From NCBI GenBank assembly GCA_020536535.1, contig JAHLWZ010000880.1:1-61840 (forward strand): a DNA stretch of 61,840 bases, written 5' to 3'. The stretch comes from Pelomyxa schiedti. Lineage: Eukaryota > Protista > Evosea. The position numbers and the translations under genes were made by a program. Shown piece after piece: positions 36,520 to 49,295 of the stretch. The notes below the pieces were generated by a model. That model saw only the letters and a list, made by a program, of their open reading frames with translations, made no database searches and was not told where the DNA came from. How positions within the stretch are numbered: the stretch's first letter is position 1; the number at the start of each line of letters is the position of its first letter.

Positions 36520-39186
36520 ATGGTGTGCAACACAGTTCAGCATACATACGATAGCACGAGAGTCTTTCATTGTTTGCCCTGCCCTCAGTGGCGTAGAAAG
36601 GGTTTTGTACTGCCTACGTTATTGTGCGTGCTCGCGTGCACTGTATGGCCCAAAAAACAAAACAACCTCGTTGTATGGTTTATTCCCCATTTTAGACTGT
36701 TCTTCTCCGCTGTGTGAATGGTGTATTTTCACCAGAGTATAGTGTTGGAGTCAGTGGTTCAGCTGGATCCCTGAATGAGGGTTACTTTGCAGGAATAATT
36801 GCAGCCATGAAGGAGCCATTTTATATCACCTCAATCAACCCAGTTCTCGTTGTATTTCCAACTGACTGTGTGAATTCTGCTCTTGGTCTTGTCACAAACA
36901 TTAATATCGACTCAAACTCTTCTATTGCATGGACGACTTCCTTGATAATCATATCTCCAGTATCCTGCTCTGGCAATGTCTCAGGCACATATGGAATTGA
37001 ATTTTTTGTTGGGTGTATCAAAACTGACCCTAACTGTGAGGATTATATTCAAAACTACTTCACCTCCTTCATTGGCTATGTGGATCTCTATTTTCCTCAC
37101 GAGACGGCACAAACAGAAGAGGTTGAATCTCTTCTCATAGCGCGGATATATGATGCAGATGGAAGTTTCGACACATCTTTTCAGGCAGGACAAAGTGTGT
37201 AGTTGGTACCAAAACTTAAAGAACCAAACAAAACAAAAGCTGTAATTGTGGAAGATATTATAAGCACCAATGGAGGCACTCCAGAAAGTAATTGTACCTG
37301 TACCACCGAGATGTTTGTATATGCTTGGTCTGGCACTCTACTTGGGAACTACAGCCTTGATACTGATGAACTTTTCAACTTAACACCACTTCTTGTTTCC
37401 CCACTTGAGAACAAATTCAGGTTCGTTCTCGATTTTTCTCTGTGTGTCTTAACAACTGGACAGTATTTATTTGGACCCAAGTGCATTTCCGGCTCTAAAT
37501 GGGGAGTTAGTGCAAATCAGTACTAGGTGTGGCATCAACTGGGGAAAGGACCTGACAGGTATTTCTGGCACACAGAAGAATTCACTTGAAACTAACCCTC
37601 AGCTGTGTTCTTCTGCCACTACTGCCAACTGCACATATGAAGAATACGGCAACAACAATCATCATGTTACCATACACCTGCACAACAACATGGTCACCGT
37701 CACTGTTGAGGGCTATGGGCTGGGATCACTGGAGTTTCATGAGGGGCAGAACGGTACAATGTGTGAGTACTCTACTGACAACAGCAATGGCTGGGTTATG
37801 ACTTCATCTGAGACAAATGACTGTGCACTGACTGTGACAAGGGACTTCGATGCGGACTCTTTCATCACAAATTGTGCGGAAATTGTCCGCACTACAAATG
37901 GAGACTATGAGATGCACTCAACAGTGGAAGAGCACTCCATCCCACTGTATTCTGGTGCAGTTTTTGGTACAATCCTCACAGTGGTCGTTAATGCCTTCTT
38001 CTACAATGTGTGTATCCTCTCATTTTCTGAGTGACCTTCTCATTTCCTCACACTCTCAAATATTATAGGAGATGCTACTTCCTTCTTCTACAGAGAGCGA
38101 ATATATTGAAATCACTCTCTATCAACCACCTGAATATAGTGTGAGTGTTAGTGGGGCCGTTGGAACCATAGGTGAAAACGACTATTCCAACTTTGTGGCC
38201 ATGATAAGTGCTCCATTCTGCATCACATCAGTAAATCCCATTCCAGTTGCCATACCAAACAACACTCTGGGTGCTGTTGTTTTAGTTACATCAATTACAA
38301 GCACTCTTCACTCTGTGTCACGAGTAATGCTACTAGTCATGATCTACCCAGAAGAAAACTGCAAAATCTCAGGCGAATTTGTCTTTGAGTTGTTTGTTGA
38401 ATGTCTCACTGAGGACCCCACCTGTGATGATGACGTTCTTCAGGATTTTCAATCCTTCTCAGCAGGCTGTGTCATTGCAGTACCGGACTGTAAGAACTGG
38501 GAGTGGAACACCGCTCTCAGCATTAGACCTTATGATGAGGATGAAAACTTCACTATGTCTTTTCGACCAGGGGAGAGTGTGTTCTTTTCCTGCCTTCTTT
38601 TTCCGTTTTTTAGGTTTTCCAAATAGCCCTCATAATTGATGAAAACATTACCACTTACGGGACCGTTCCTGAGTATGCTTGTGACTGCACAACTGAGTTA
38701 TACTTGTATAACTGGTCCGGCGATTTTATTGCGCGTTACAACGTCCAAACAGATGCGCATCTTTTTCATACAACCTCTCTCATTCTGTCACAGCTTGAGA
38801 ATAAATTCAGGTCCGTGTATCGCAGCACCTATTTTTGTACTTATAATTGAAACAGTGTTTACCTGGACCCAAGCATCTTTGCTGATAAAACCCATGGAGA
38901 GGTGGTTCAAATAAATGCCACCTGTGTCATCAACTGGGGAATGGGCCAGTCACAGTCTGTCCATGGTGTTGCCATGGTTGCAGTTGGGTCTGTGGATGAT
39001 AGCAGCATTCATGACGACGGCCAGGACAATGCATTGGTGATTGGAGTTTCTGTGGGTGCGGGGGTGGTTGGTGTACTGATTGTGGCTGCCTCAATTGTGG
39101 TTCTGGTTGTGTTAATTAAGCATGCAAAGGGTAAAAGACAGGCACGTGCGAAAACACCAGTCTTCGCTATCGATTTCCCACTTTGA
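36520..39186 (+). CDS. Cys-rich type-I membrane protein, family member 3 (modules B-C-A-B-C + TM + short tail)
   Basis: Signal-like LPTLLCVLACT|TVLL. Two B modules (PFYITSINP/PFCITSVNP..C..DP.C), two C modules (ENKF..LDPS.F..C.INWG), one A module (LGSLEF..MCEY..NGW..RDFDAD). TM LVIGVSVGAGVVGVLIVAASIVVLVVLI. Confidence 0.8.
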
Positions 39187-39296
39187 TAAACTTGTAGTTA
39201 ATACTCTTTCCCAAACCAAATTTGGCCATTGAAAAGTCTGTAAGACTGCAAAGGGTGTGTGACAGGCAGTTTGGGCTCCAGGGTCAAAAATCTTGC

Positions 39297-40430
39297 TTAG
39301 TTGTGTAACTGTAAATTAGGGTCTGAGAATCGAGCAAGCACAACACCAGTATAGGTATCACACAGGTCAAGTGTGATACCCTTGCCCCTGGGGTTCTGTG
39401 GTGTACTGGTGCAACTTGTTGCTGTTGTTGGAACAGGCACTGGAACGATTCCACAGTTTGGGATTGAGTTCCCTGGAAAACCCCTCACTGGGTGATGGAC
39501 ACAGCAGGGATTGTTCAAGTCTGATGAGCGGAACACATTCATTACAGTGTGCCTTTCTTGGATGCAGAACAGGTGGTGTGGCCAAACAGTTCCAAGAACG
39601 GAAGTGTTCCGGAAGGTATGTACAGTTTTCTTGGTCTTGGTGTTGAAGACATGCCCTTCATGTATTCCACGAATGACGTCTCCAGAACTGTGCAGTGTAT
39701 GCAGTGTGTTTCCTATCCAGATTGAACCGCAAGGCCTACGCGGGATCCCCAGAACCTCATCAATAACAGCCCCGGTTTTCCAGTTATTGAATGATGTCTC
39801 CAAATTAACAACTGTGACCTGAGTTGTTGTTGCTGTTGTGGAGTGGCGGTAATTCCACAGAGTGGCCTTGTCAACATCCAGAGGTGACAGATCCCCACCA
39901 AAAGACTGCTCTATCACTCTCGCATTGTGTGGATCCAGCCTGACTGTAACCCCGTCATGATCTCGTGGCAAACACCTATCTTCCAGCTTCCACAGAACCA
40001 AGTCATTGCCAGAGTAAACAGCCAGCCACTTTGAGTTCACGCCAACAAACCCAACCTTCTCATACGAATGGGGCACCAGAGTCCTCACTGCCTTCCCACT
40101 CCTGTCAACCACAAACAGGGCCTGCACAGTGTGGTCATCGTAGCCATTCACCAGGAATGTGTTGTTGTCACCAAAAGCGGCCCAAATGCATGTCACAAAC
40201 TCGGGATCACACTCAAATGTGCCGCACTCAACAACACCAAGTGTCGGTGACACACACACCCACACGTGGATTCGCACCAGCCTCCACCCTTCTCTGCCTC
40301 CTGCCTCGATTGTGAACACCCTCGTTGATTCGGAAGACAGCACCCAGTTTTTCCCCCACTCTGTCAACAGGGACGACATTGACACCAAGTGACAAATGGG
40401 CGGTGCAACCAGCGATGACGGCGCCGTCAT
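39297..40430 (-). CDS. Hypothetical intronless 377-aa beta-rich protein
   Basis: Uninterrupted ATG-started ORF (LLTEWGKNWV..VSPTLGVV..GVNSKWLAV). No recognised domain. Confidence 0.65.
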   Translation of the reverse strand: MTAPSSLVAPPICHLVSMSSLLTEWGKNWVLSSESTRVFTIEAGGREGWRLVRIHVWVCVSPTLGVVECGTFECDPEFVTCIWAAFGDNNTFLVNGYDDHTVQALFVVDRSGKAVRTLVPHSYEKVGFVGVNSKWLAVYSGNDLVLWKLEDRCLPRDHDGVTVRLDPHNARVIEQSFGGDLSPLDVDKATLWNYRHSTTATTTQVTVVNLETSFNNWKTGAVIDEVLGIPRRPCGSIWIGNTLHTLHSSGDVIRGIHEGHVFNTKTKKTVHTFRNTSVLGTVWPHHLFCIQERHTVMNVFRSSDLNNPCCVHHPVRGFPGNSIPNCGIVPVPVPTTATSCTSTPQNPRGKGITLDLCDTYTGVVLARFSDPNLQLHN

Positions 40431-40955
40431 TTGGCCGCCACATTCCCTGTGACTAGTGTCATGAAATGCAATTAAATTAAATTAGAAAACCGGCGGGCCG
40501 AGTTGTTTGCACGGTTGAATGACAAGTGAGAACATGCTACTGCAACGAATTGGTCCTTGGCTCGAAGCACACTACGCACTTGCGACATTGGTTCGTGGAA
40601 TTGTTTTTTCCGTTGTGGGAGAACCTCAGGAGAGGTTCATGGGTAGAGTAGGAGGGAACGAATGGCCACGTAATGTTGCACAGTCCGGGTGGTGGGAGAA
40701 CCTATTTTTGGGCAGAGATCTCATTAACAGCAGAAATAGCAGAAGACACAATCACAAAAAGATCGCATTGTTTTCGGCCAACGATGAGGGCACAACAAGA
40801 GGCTGGCGGGTTTCGTCGTACCGGTTGCACTGTCGGGGCCAGCAGTGCTAGTGGTATGTTCCTTTTTGCGTTGTATTGTTTTATGTGGCTCCACACTAAC
40901 TGGGGGAAAAATCTTAAAAGGGTACGGGCACAGCGCTAGCGACGGAACGGCGTTC

Positions 40956-41557
40956 ATGGCCAAGGGCGACGGCCGAAACGCATCCATGACGCCTACAACT
41001 ACGTCAAAGACAATCAAGCCGCACACGACAACAACCACATCCAGTCACCACGAGGACAGCCACCACGATACTCATCATGATAGTCATCACGACAGTCACG
41101 AGAGTCATCACGAGAGCCACCATGACGACAAGCCCAAGAAGGACAAGAGCAAAAAGTATGAGTTGTTTCATTTTTTAAAAAAATAAAATAGGGCATACTC
41201 AACACTAAATTTATATGAATTGTATTATTACCTTGTATGCACACACAACAAATCAACGCGCCCCTTGATTCCATAATCTCAACACTCAATAGGGATGATA
41301 TTACCATCACCATACCCAACCCCATCACAAAAATCAAGAAGGCCACAAAGTCAGTTGAAAAGAAGATGCACAAAGACAAGAAAGACAAGCCCGCTAAATC
41401 CGGCACCAGCGCGGGCGGGTTCTGCGCCACTTGTGGGAACGGAATGGAGCCCGGCGCCAGATTCTGCCCCTCGTGCGGATCTGAACGCTGCAAGGCGTGC
41501 AACACTCCCCTGCCCACAAAGGTGGCATTTTGCCCTTCATGTGGCGGAAAGATCTAG
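40956..41557 (+). CDS. Small protein with His/Asp-rich tract and C-terminal double zinc ribbon
   Basis: SHHEDSHHDTHHDSHHD tract. FCATCG..FCPSCG..CKACN..FCPSCGGKI*. One intron; start approximate. Confidence 0.7.
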
Positions 41558-41719
41558 ATCAGATTTACCCAGGCTCCAAAATTAAGGTGGGTGATTGATG
41601 CCCACGAGATATTTCAAGTGTAAAACATTGTCAGTTTAGTTTCCTGTTACAAGTACATTTTCTTTTGTTTCTATTTTGGGTTTTGTGGTGTGTGGTTATT
41701 TGGCTGTGGGCCTGGCTGA

Positions 41720-43114
41720 TCATATGGATGTATCTGGTTTTACTAGTACTGTTACAGTGCTTGCACCAATAGGAGGCACAACTGAAGATGTTCCCAAAAC
41801 TGCTGTGGTACCTCCTCTACTATCAAGAAGTAAAACATACTTGTCATCTTGGAGGATGTTGGGCCCACAACAGCACTGGCAAATATGGTTCCTCTGGAAT
41901 GCTGCTTGTATTGCTTTGAGGAGTGACATGTCATAGGCATAGAAAATGCTGTTGTAGAATCCAAACAGGGGTGCTGTGAGTGCATGCATGAATACAAGCA
42001 TGGGTATCTTATGAATTGGTTGGACATTAGAGGGCAATGAACCTAAGGCCGGGGCAACATACTTCTTCATTAGGATGCATCCAGTTCTATTGCATGAAAA
42101 AAAAAGTTAGAAGAGGGATGAATGCAATAAGAAAAAACCTGAATACGATCCAGGACGGGACAGGCCCAAACTACAAAGAAGACAATTGGGTAAACCAGCA
42201 GTTGTCTCATGATTATTTGAAATTGGGTTGGGCTGCTGCCACATGAAAGGGTCTGTTTGAAGCTGTGCCCACTAATTTTGTAGGCAGAGTAAAACGCTAC
42301 ACTATAAATCACTAGTTGTCCCAGTGTAATGACTAAAAGAGGTATGTAGAATGAAATAAATCTCCACCTATTTCCCCAAGCTCCAGCAGATTCTATCCAA
42401 CACCTTCTTATCCAGATGAGATTTTTGGTAAAAATAATATGGGCAACCAAACCCCTGCAGGGCCATAGTCACTATCCAGAAAATAGATAAAGGAGAGGGA
42501 AATGTGATAAGAGAACAGAAAGCCGAGATTAATGACTTACTTTGTAGTCCAGGGGAGATAAGTTAGTACACCGGCAAGACAAAAAGATGGAAGTAAGAGG
42601 AAAACTTCAAACTTGATGGTGAATTTCTTCTTCAATGCCAACCCCCAAAGTAATATAATTGCCACGTTTGTTGTGCAAATTACTTCGCACTAATATCCAG
42701 AACTCAGTCTTGCCCATTAGTGAATTATTCAAAAATACATTACCATTTGAAAAAACTGCATAATCACACCCTGGGCTATACACAGTGGTGTCTCAACAGG
42801 GTTAATCCCAATCCCTACCTACAAGTAAGCTACACTGTATGGAGTGGTACCAGACAAAGAGGGAAAAAAAAACAGAAAGGAGGCACCAGTAATTTCAGAT
42901 GTCATACAGAATACATACCCAGAGACATCAAATTTGTAATTGCAACGCACATGGAACTAGCCACCAGAAACAGCAATGCCCTGGAAGCGACGCTCTTCCA
43001 GTCCCTCAGTGCAATTGCCACAGCCATCACCAGCGACGTGGACCCCAACGACACGCACGACGTTATCATCCTCACCAACAGAATCATGTCCTGACTCTCG
43101 TCGGAAAGCACCAT
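41720..43114 (-). CDS. cAMP-receptor-like (CAR/GCR1-type) 7-TM GPCR, multi-exon
   Basis: CVSLGSTSLVM..RALLFL, C..QG, GA/WCWI.., RFISFYIPL, QLLVYPIVFFVVW, PLFGFYNSIFYA. Confidence 0.8.
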
Positions 43115-43503
43115 CCCGCGGGATTGTGACCACGAAAAGAAGAAGAAGAAACAAAAAAAAACCGCAACGGTTCAGGCCCTGAAACGTTCCCTCGTGAAAC
43201 GGCGAAAAAGAAATCAAAGAAAATGTATGATGAAACAGAAGGAAAGAGATTTGTGCCGTGTGACGGCACAAAGAAATAAGAAAAAGCAGTGGCACCGCAA
43301 CTACTTTGTGGTGGAAAAAAAAACAAATTTTACAAAATTGTCAGGGTTTGGCTTGCTGGGGTTTGTGGTGGGTTGTGGTTTCTTATGTGCAGCCACTCTC
43401 TTTCTACCACTGTTTGGAGGTATGTATATGTAACAGGGTTCACGCACCCACACAAAGTGTGTGAGGTGAGTGTTGTGCTAGGGGCTTGTTGATGCGGAAT
43501 TTC

Positions 43504-44665
43504 TCAGCAGCACCCACCCTTTTTTTTGTTCGGTACAAGACCGGGTTTCACCTTGATCAACTCTTCCTTGGGGGCAACTTTGAATCTGGTGGTTTCCAAA
43601 GATTAGTTTCCAAAAAAACACCTGAAGTCCGCCAAACCTGGTAGAAACAGCTTTTGCCATGGTTGCAATAGCCTCTTCTGTCCGGTCACCAGTTTTTACA
43701 CTCATTTCCCTGAGAGTGAGGTAAATAAGGGAAATTGAGAGAGGTTGTCGCCTACAGGTAGGGTATCTGCAACTCATCAGAGAGCTCCTATGGGAATTGA
43801 CAATGAATAAGAGTTGAAGAAATAAAGGGAAAGGCTACATTGGCCATTTCTACTGTTACAGCGCGTTCTGCTATATCGGTTTTATTTCCCAGGAGAAGCT
43901 GGTGTCATTGAGTACTTGCAAATGACAAAATCAATCCTGGTGTACCTTGCAACAATTCTCATCTGCATAGTTCTCCAAATCAGAATTCCAATTTCTGACA
44001 TTTTCGAAAGTTTTCGGTTCAGAAACGTCAAACAAAATGAAAACTCCTTGTATTCCTCTAAAGTCTAAAATAGAAGTCAACTATGCGAGGTTTTTGCAGC
44101 TCTTTAGTACTTACAGCTTCCGGTTAGGGTGCGGTATCGTTCTTGTCCTGGAGAAGTTAAAATATGCCAACTGAATAGGCGGGGAAAAAGAAGCAAACAA
44201 GACACACCAGCGGTGTCGCGCTGGCAAACAAAGTCAATACAAAGCTTAGTTAACAAAGGTACAAACCAATTTGAGCTTGACTACTTCTCCATCAAGTGTG
44301 ACATCATGCAAAAGCTTGTAAAATGTTACTAACATTTATGTGGAGGCACAAAACATACAAATTCCGGTGCAGGCACTGCTACTTCAACGCCAAATTTACC
44401 GGTCTTCGAGAGTGTTAGGCCGAAAGGCCAAGGAAAGGCAAAACATACAACTAGTCTATTGAGAAACGAAGTCTTCCCGACATTAGGATCACCGAGTACC
44501 ACAATACAATGGAGATCGTCACTGCGTTGTGTTGAGCCGGAGGAGGGGGGAAAAAAACAATTGTGTTTGAAAATTGGGGGAAAAAAAAAAAGGAGGTTAT
44601 GAGTGGCGTAAAATAACACAAGAGAGGGAGAAAGCCGGTGACTCGGCCATCGCATACGCCGCCAT
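43504..44665 (-). CDS. Divergent Rab-family small GTPase, multi-exon
   Basis: GDPNVGKT, DTAGQERYRTLT, FRGIQG..LFDVS, GNKTD, EMSVKTG, C-terminal KKKGGCC*. Confidence 0.9.
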
Positions 44666-45038
44666 GATCAACTACCGGCCCGTCGGCTTTTGTGATGTTT
44701 TTTTTCTGTTGTGGGTTTTTTCTTTTTTTTTTTTCACAATGCCAGTTCGTCGAAGAATCACTGTTTTTTTTCTGCCCGCACATTCTATTTTCGGCTCGAT
44801 CCGGCCCCCAAAGCAGGCAGACATTTCTCTCTGGTGCGATCTATCAAACACATAGTTCCTCAAGCAAGAAGGGTTTTAATTGGAAGAAGTTGAGGGAGGT
44901 TTGTGTTTCCTCTGGAGATTCGAAACAGGTGCAGAGGTCGTTCAAACGAAGCGCACGAAAAAATTTCGCCTCCCCGAACGGGAGACCAACCCGCACCAGT
45001 CGGTTAGAAAACAGCAACAAAAAGAAAACAAAGCGCAG

Positions 45039-48000
45039 ATGGCTGATCCAGAAGGTAGCACCTCCAAGGCCAACGACACGGCCGAGGTACCCGCCTCCCA
45101 GTCAACCTCCGCACTGTGCCGCCACCCCCGGCACCAGCCCGCGCGCCGGGCCGACGACGCGGCCGATGGCGCCGCGGCCTCGGCGCGCAGCCACCACAGA
45201 AGCGACCGCGACGCGCCCGAGCGCGACGCGAACGCGGCGGCCGGCGACTCCGACGACGACGACGACGATGGAGGCGGCAACGGCTGCGGGTACGGCGCCG
45301 GCTCGGGCGACGCCGACGGCAGGGAGACCACGACGACGATGATGATGACAACCACCACCAAGAAGAAGCGCAAAAAACGCCGGCACGGCAGGTCGCACAG
45401 CACCGCGGCCGCGAGCGACGACGACGGCGGGGGCGCCGCCACCACGTCGTGCTCGGCGTCGTCGGCCTCGAGCGAGAGCGATGGCGGCGGCCGCGGCGGC
45501 GGCGACAGCCCCGAGTTCTACTCGCAGACCCACAGCATCGTGCTCATCTCTACGTCGAGGTCGACGCCAAAGACCACGCCCAAGTCCACCGTCAGCGGCG
45601 ACCGCGAGTCCGTCGAGCTCAGCACTTTCGCCGCGGCCGCGGCCGCGGCCGCCGTCGCAGGCTCCGCCGCCAACTCGAGCTTCAACGACGCCGCTTCGCG
45701 GAAATCAGAGGGCGGGGAGAAGGGCGGCGGCGGCGGATTCTTCCGCAGGGCAAAAGCCAAGGTCACCCCGGCCGAGGAGCCATTCGACGAAGCCGAGTCG
45801 TACGACCTGAGCGACGCCAGTACGCACGAGATCAAGGCCAGGGCTTCCGAGCACAGCGACAGCGCGGCGCTGCTGCAGCAGCGGGTCACGATGCAGCAAC
45901 TTAGGAAGGCCATGGGGTGCGACGAGGACTACTCCAGGCACCCCCCGCCTCAGCAGCACAGGCTCTGCGACGTTGTCAAGACTATTGGGTCGCCAGAGCT
46001 GGGCCACAGCATCAGCCCTTCTGCGGTCGTTCAGATAGCCGCCTTGCAGCCCACGAAGCTGCCGGCCAAGCGCGTGATCACATCCGTGGGACGCGCTCAT
46101 CTCTCCGTCTGGCTGAACACGAAGCTGGGAAGGATTTTCGCCGCCAACTTGGTTTGCGTTGCCTGTATTTTATGTGCTTGCTATGGCACTGGTGTTGGGC
46201 TGACCCTGTGGAGCGCTTGTGTACAGCTGGATAGTGCCACCACGGAAACAGCAAAGCTTTTAGCTTCGCGTTGTACTGGGATGGATCATCAAACTGACAA
46301 TGACACTGTCAGTGAAAAGCTCAATACATTAGAATTTGAGGGCATCGTGCTGGCCTCACGCTACCTTAAAAGAACATGGTCAAGACTTCTTGACACCCCA
46401 AGAGTACACTTCTGAGATTCTTTGCACGGATTTCCAATCATCCTTTAGGTACCTGACCAGGAGGAGCTCGACTCCTATGAGTGGTTTTACTATAATGACA
46501 CGAATACAACCTTGTATAATAACAAATATCGACCAGGCCATTCACACACTTGCTTCTGTAACCCAGATGTAACACAACAGGTACCTTTCTTCCATAGCAA
46601 GCAATCGATGGTAATGAAACAAAGGAAATTGAGGAGTATGCGTGGAGAACGGGAGGTATTGATTCAATCCTAGGTGATATTCAATATGCTTTTCCGGCAA
46701 TACGTCTATTGTACTACAGTGGTGCCAATACGTAGTGCGCCACTTCTGTCCCCCCTACCTCACCGTAAATAGATTTGTGCGAACATTTCCCTGGCTTCCA
46801 GATGAATGTCACAACTACACAGACTGGTCTCTGCTCCCGTGGTTTTATCTGGCAGACCCGCAACACAATCCTGAAAATAAAACTGTCTTTACTAATTTGT
46901 ACCAGGCGAGAGCAATATCCTTCTTTTTTACCCTAATATCTTTTCACAGGACCCATATACATTGGAGTGGATGATAAGCTGCCTAACTCCAATATATCGA
47001 GTCAAAAACAACGTAACAGTATTCGATGGTGTTCTAGGTGCCTCCGCTACAGTAATCTTCATCAGTTTCTTCTCACATATGTGTAGGGCTCGATATTATA
47101 ACCACAGCCATACTAGACGCGCTTAATCACATAAGCTTACCCTGGAATGGACACCTCATGCTTATTGGGGAGGATGGTACTATCATTGCTGCTAATTCCA
47201 ATTCTACCAACGAATGGGATATCTATAAGCTCTATGCCTCCTTGGGCGAGTTTGTCAATATAAACGACTTGAACGACACACTTTCCAAGGAAATAGCTTC
47301 TGCCATTGTAAATGACAGGTTCCAAGATTTAGAACCCTACCATAATTAACAAGGGAAAGGGGGTTTTTTTGGTCATCGACTGGAATACTTGTTTCTTGGT
47401 ATACTTTGACTAGTAGCATGAAATTGGTACCGCCATCTCTTGCAAATTTCTGGTAACTTCCAGTAGGTTATGTTACTAGAAGATGCCCCAACCGCAGGGT
47501 TCAAACGTAATGCAATAACATACTCGATCATTACTGGTGTCTGCGGCGTTTCTGCACTCTCCATATCACTGATTGTTTTGGGTACATACCTTTTTATACA
47601 GGTTCTACTCCAAATATTCTTATTATTACTCAACGTAGTTAGATAAGTCACGTTACCAAGACAATAATATCTCCACTTGAAAACATTGAAGGGGCGGCTG
47701 TAAGTCTTGGAGCAGGGAACTTTGATGTCTTTATTCCTCCACACCCAATCATAGAACTTAATCACACGGGAGATGTAATAATGCACATAAGTAGAAAGCT
47801 GGAGGTACTGTTACTTTCATTGGGTTTTTTTTTTAACACAACCCAGAATACCATCGAGAAGATTAGAATGGTCAGTAAAGCTTCGGAAGCTTTCATTCCA
47901 AAGAAAATTGTTGATTTACTTGGGAAACGGGAGTTGACCCAACTTATGTTGAATGATTGTTGTCGATGGCAAGAAATGTCTGGTAAGAGCATTGGAGTCC

Positions 48001-49109
48001 AATTTATCTCACTAGAAAACAGTTCTGTTCCTGCACATTGATAACATACTGGCTGTGGCAGAGCAGCTGCCTCACACATCACTATTCCAGTTACTGAACT
48101 CATTTTTCGGACAAGTGATTCCAGAAATTATAAAATACAAAGGCTTTGTTGACAAATATTTGGGTATGACTCCTTTGTTGAGGATAGCACTGACTTTAAT
48201 TAGGTGGGAGCATCATAGTGGTAAAATTCCTTTTTCCGTTCTTCCCCCATTGTTTGGCTGATTTTTTTTAACTATTTCCAAATAGCTGTTTCCCTATTCC
48301 CCAGAAGATGCTGTTGGTTGCTGTGTCACCTTGACACTCACTATCCAGGAGTTCAATGCCGCACGGGGGACAATGCCAGAACTTGTTGTTGGTATGGGAG
48401 TGGCAACAGGTCCCATCATTATTGGAACGGTTGGTGTTGAACACCGCCTGGTACAGCCATTTTTTTTAAAACTAACTCGAACTTCTCTCCTTGCTAACCA
48501 CCTACTAAGGATGTCAACGCTGTTGGTGAAACTTCCGAAATTGCAATGAAATTAGCCCTTTCTACCAGGCTCTTTGGGAGTAGTCCTCAGTGCGTTTATG
48601 CACTTGCTCTTGGGACATCTCTCACCAAATGCCCGCACTATCTCCGTTCCACATCCAGACTTGTAGGTAGTATAAGCATGAGATCACAGCGGGGAAAAGT
48701 GCTCGAGGTTCAACACCTATAAAACATGTTTAATGGCACATTCTCCTTCAACTAACTGGGTTTTCTTTTTTCAAACCAAAAAAAAAAAAAAAAAAAAAAG
48801 GTATTTGAGCTTGTATCCCCCAGCGACCCACACCGCAGCTCCAAACTCCAAAACGCAAAAATTTTGGAGGGGGCTATACACCACTTCTCCCAACGCAGGA
48901 TAGGGGACTGTGTACATACCCTGGAACAACTACCCTGCCACCAGTCAGGTGATGACGCCGTGGCCGAGCTGTATATTCAGAAAACTAACACTTACCTCCA
49001 ACAAGGGGGCCCACCGCCTCCTACACCACAAGCAACAGGTCCAACTGCAAACCACACCAGCCACCTCAAGTACTGTGAACTGTGCCTCTTTGACAAATTA
49101 GATGTGTAA
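45039..49109 (+). CDS. TM-Cache-TM-HAMP receptor with a bacterial-type class III cyclase domain that appears catalytically degenerate
   Basis: Cache: LPWFY..LYQDPYTLEWMISCLTPIY..FDGVLGLDI. HAMP-like E..LL..FN. Cyclase: FIPK..LLG, LLNSFF..GFVDKYLG, GMGVATG..IGTVG..R. Confidence 0.82.
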
Positions 49110-49295
49110 AAAAACCATACCAGAGGAAATACCACCACACGCACCAAAACTGGTGTGTGCCGTGGTAACTACCAACTAAGTTTTTTTTAAAAAAAAAAAG
49201 GTGGGGTAAAACCCACCAGTATTTCCCTTTTGTTTGGTTGTTTGTAAAGTACATTTGACTCTGTGGTGCTGCTGCAATTTCCACACAGTGAATAA

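Noticed and set aside
44692-46234. Multiple overlapping long ORFs (Arg-rich etc.), also at 27565-28257 and 55482-56262
   Set aside because: Shadow frames caused by high GC and low-complexity coding in the real exon.
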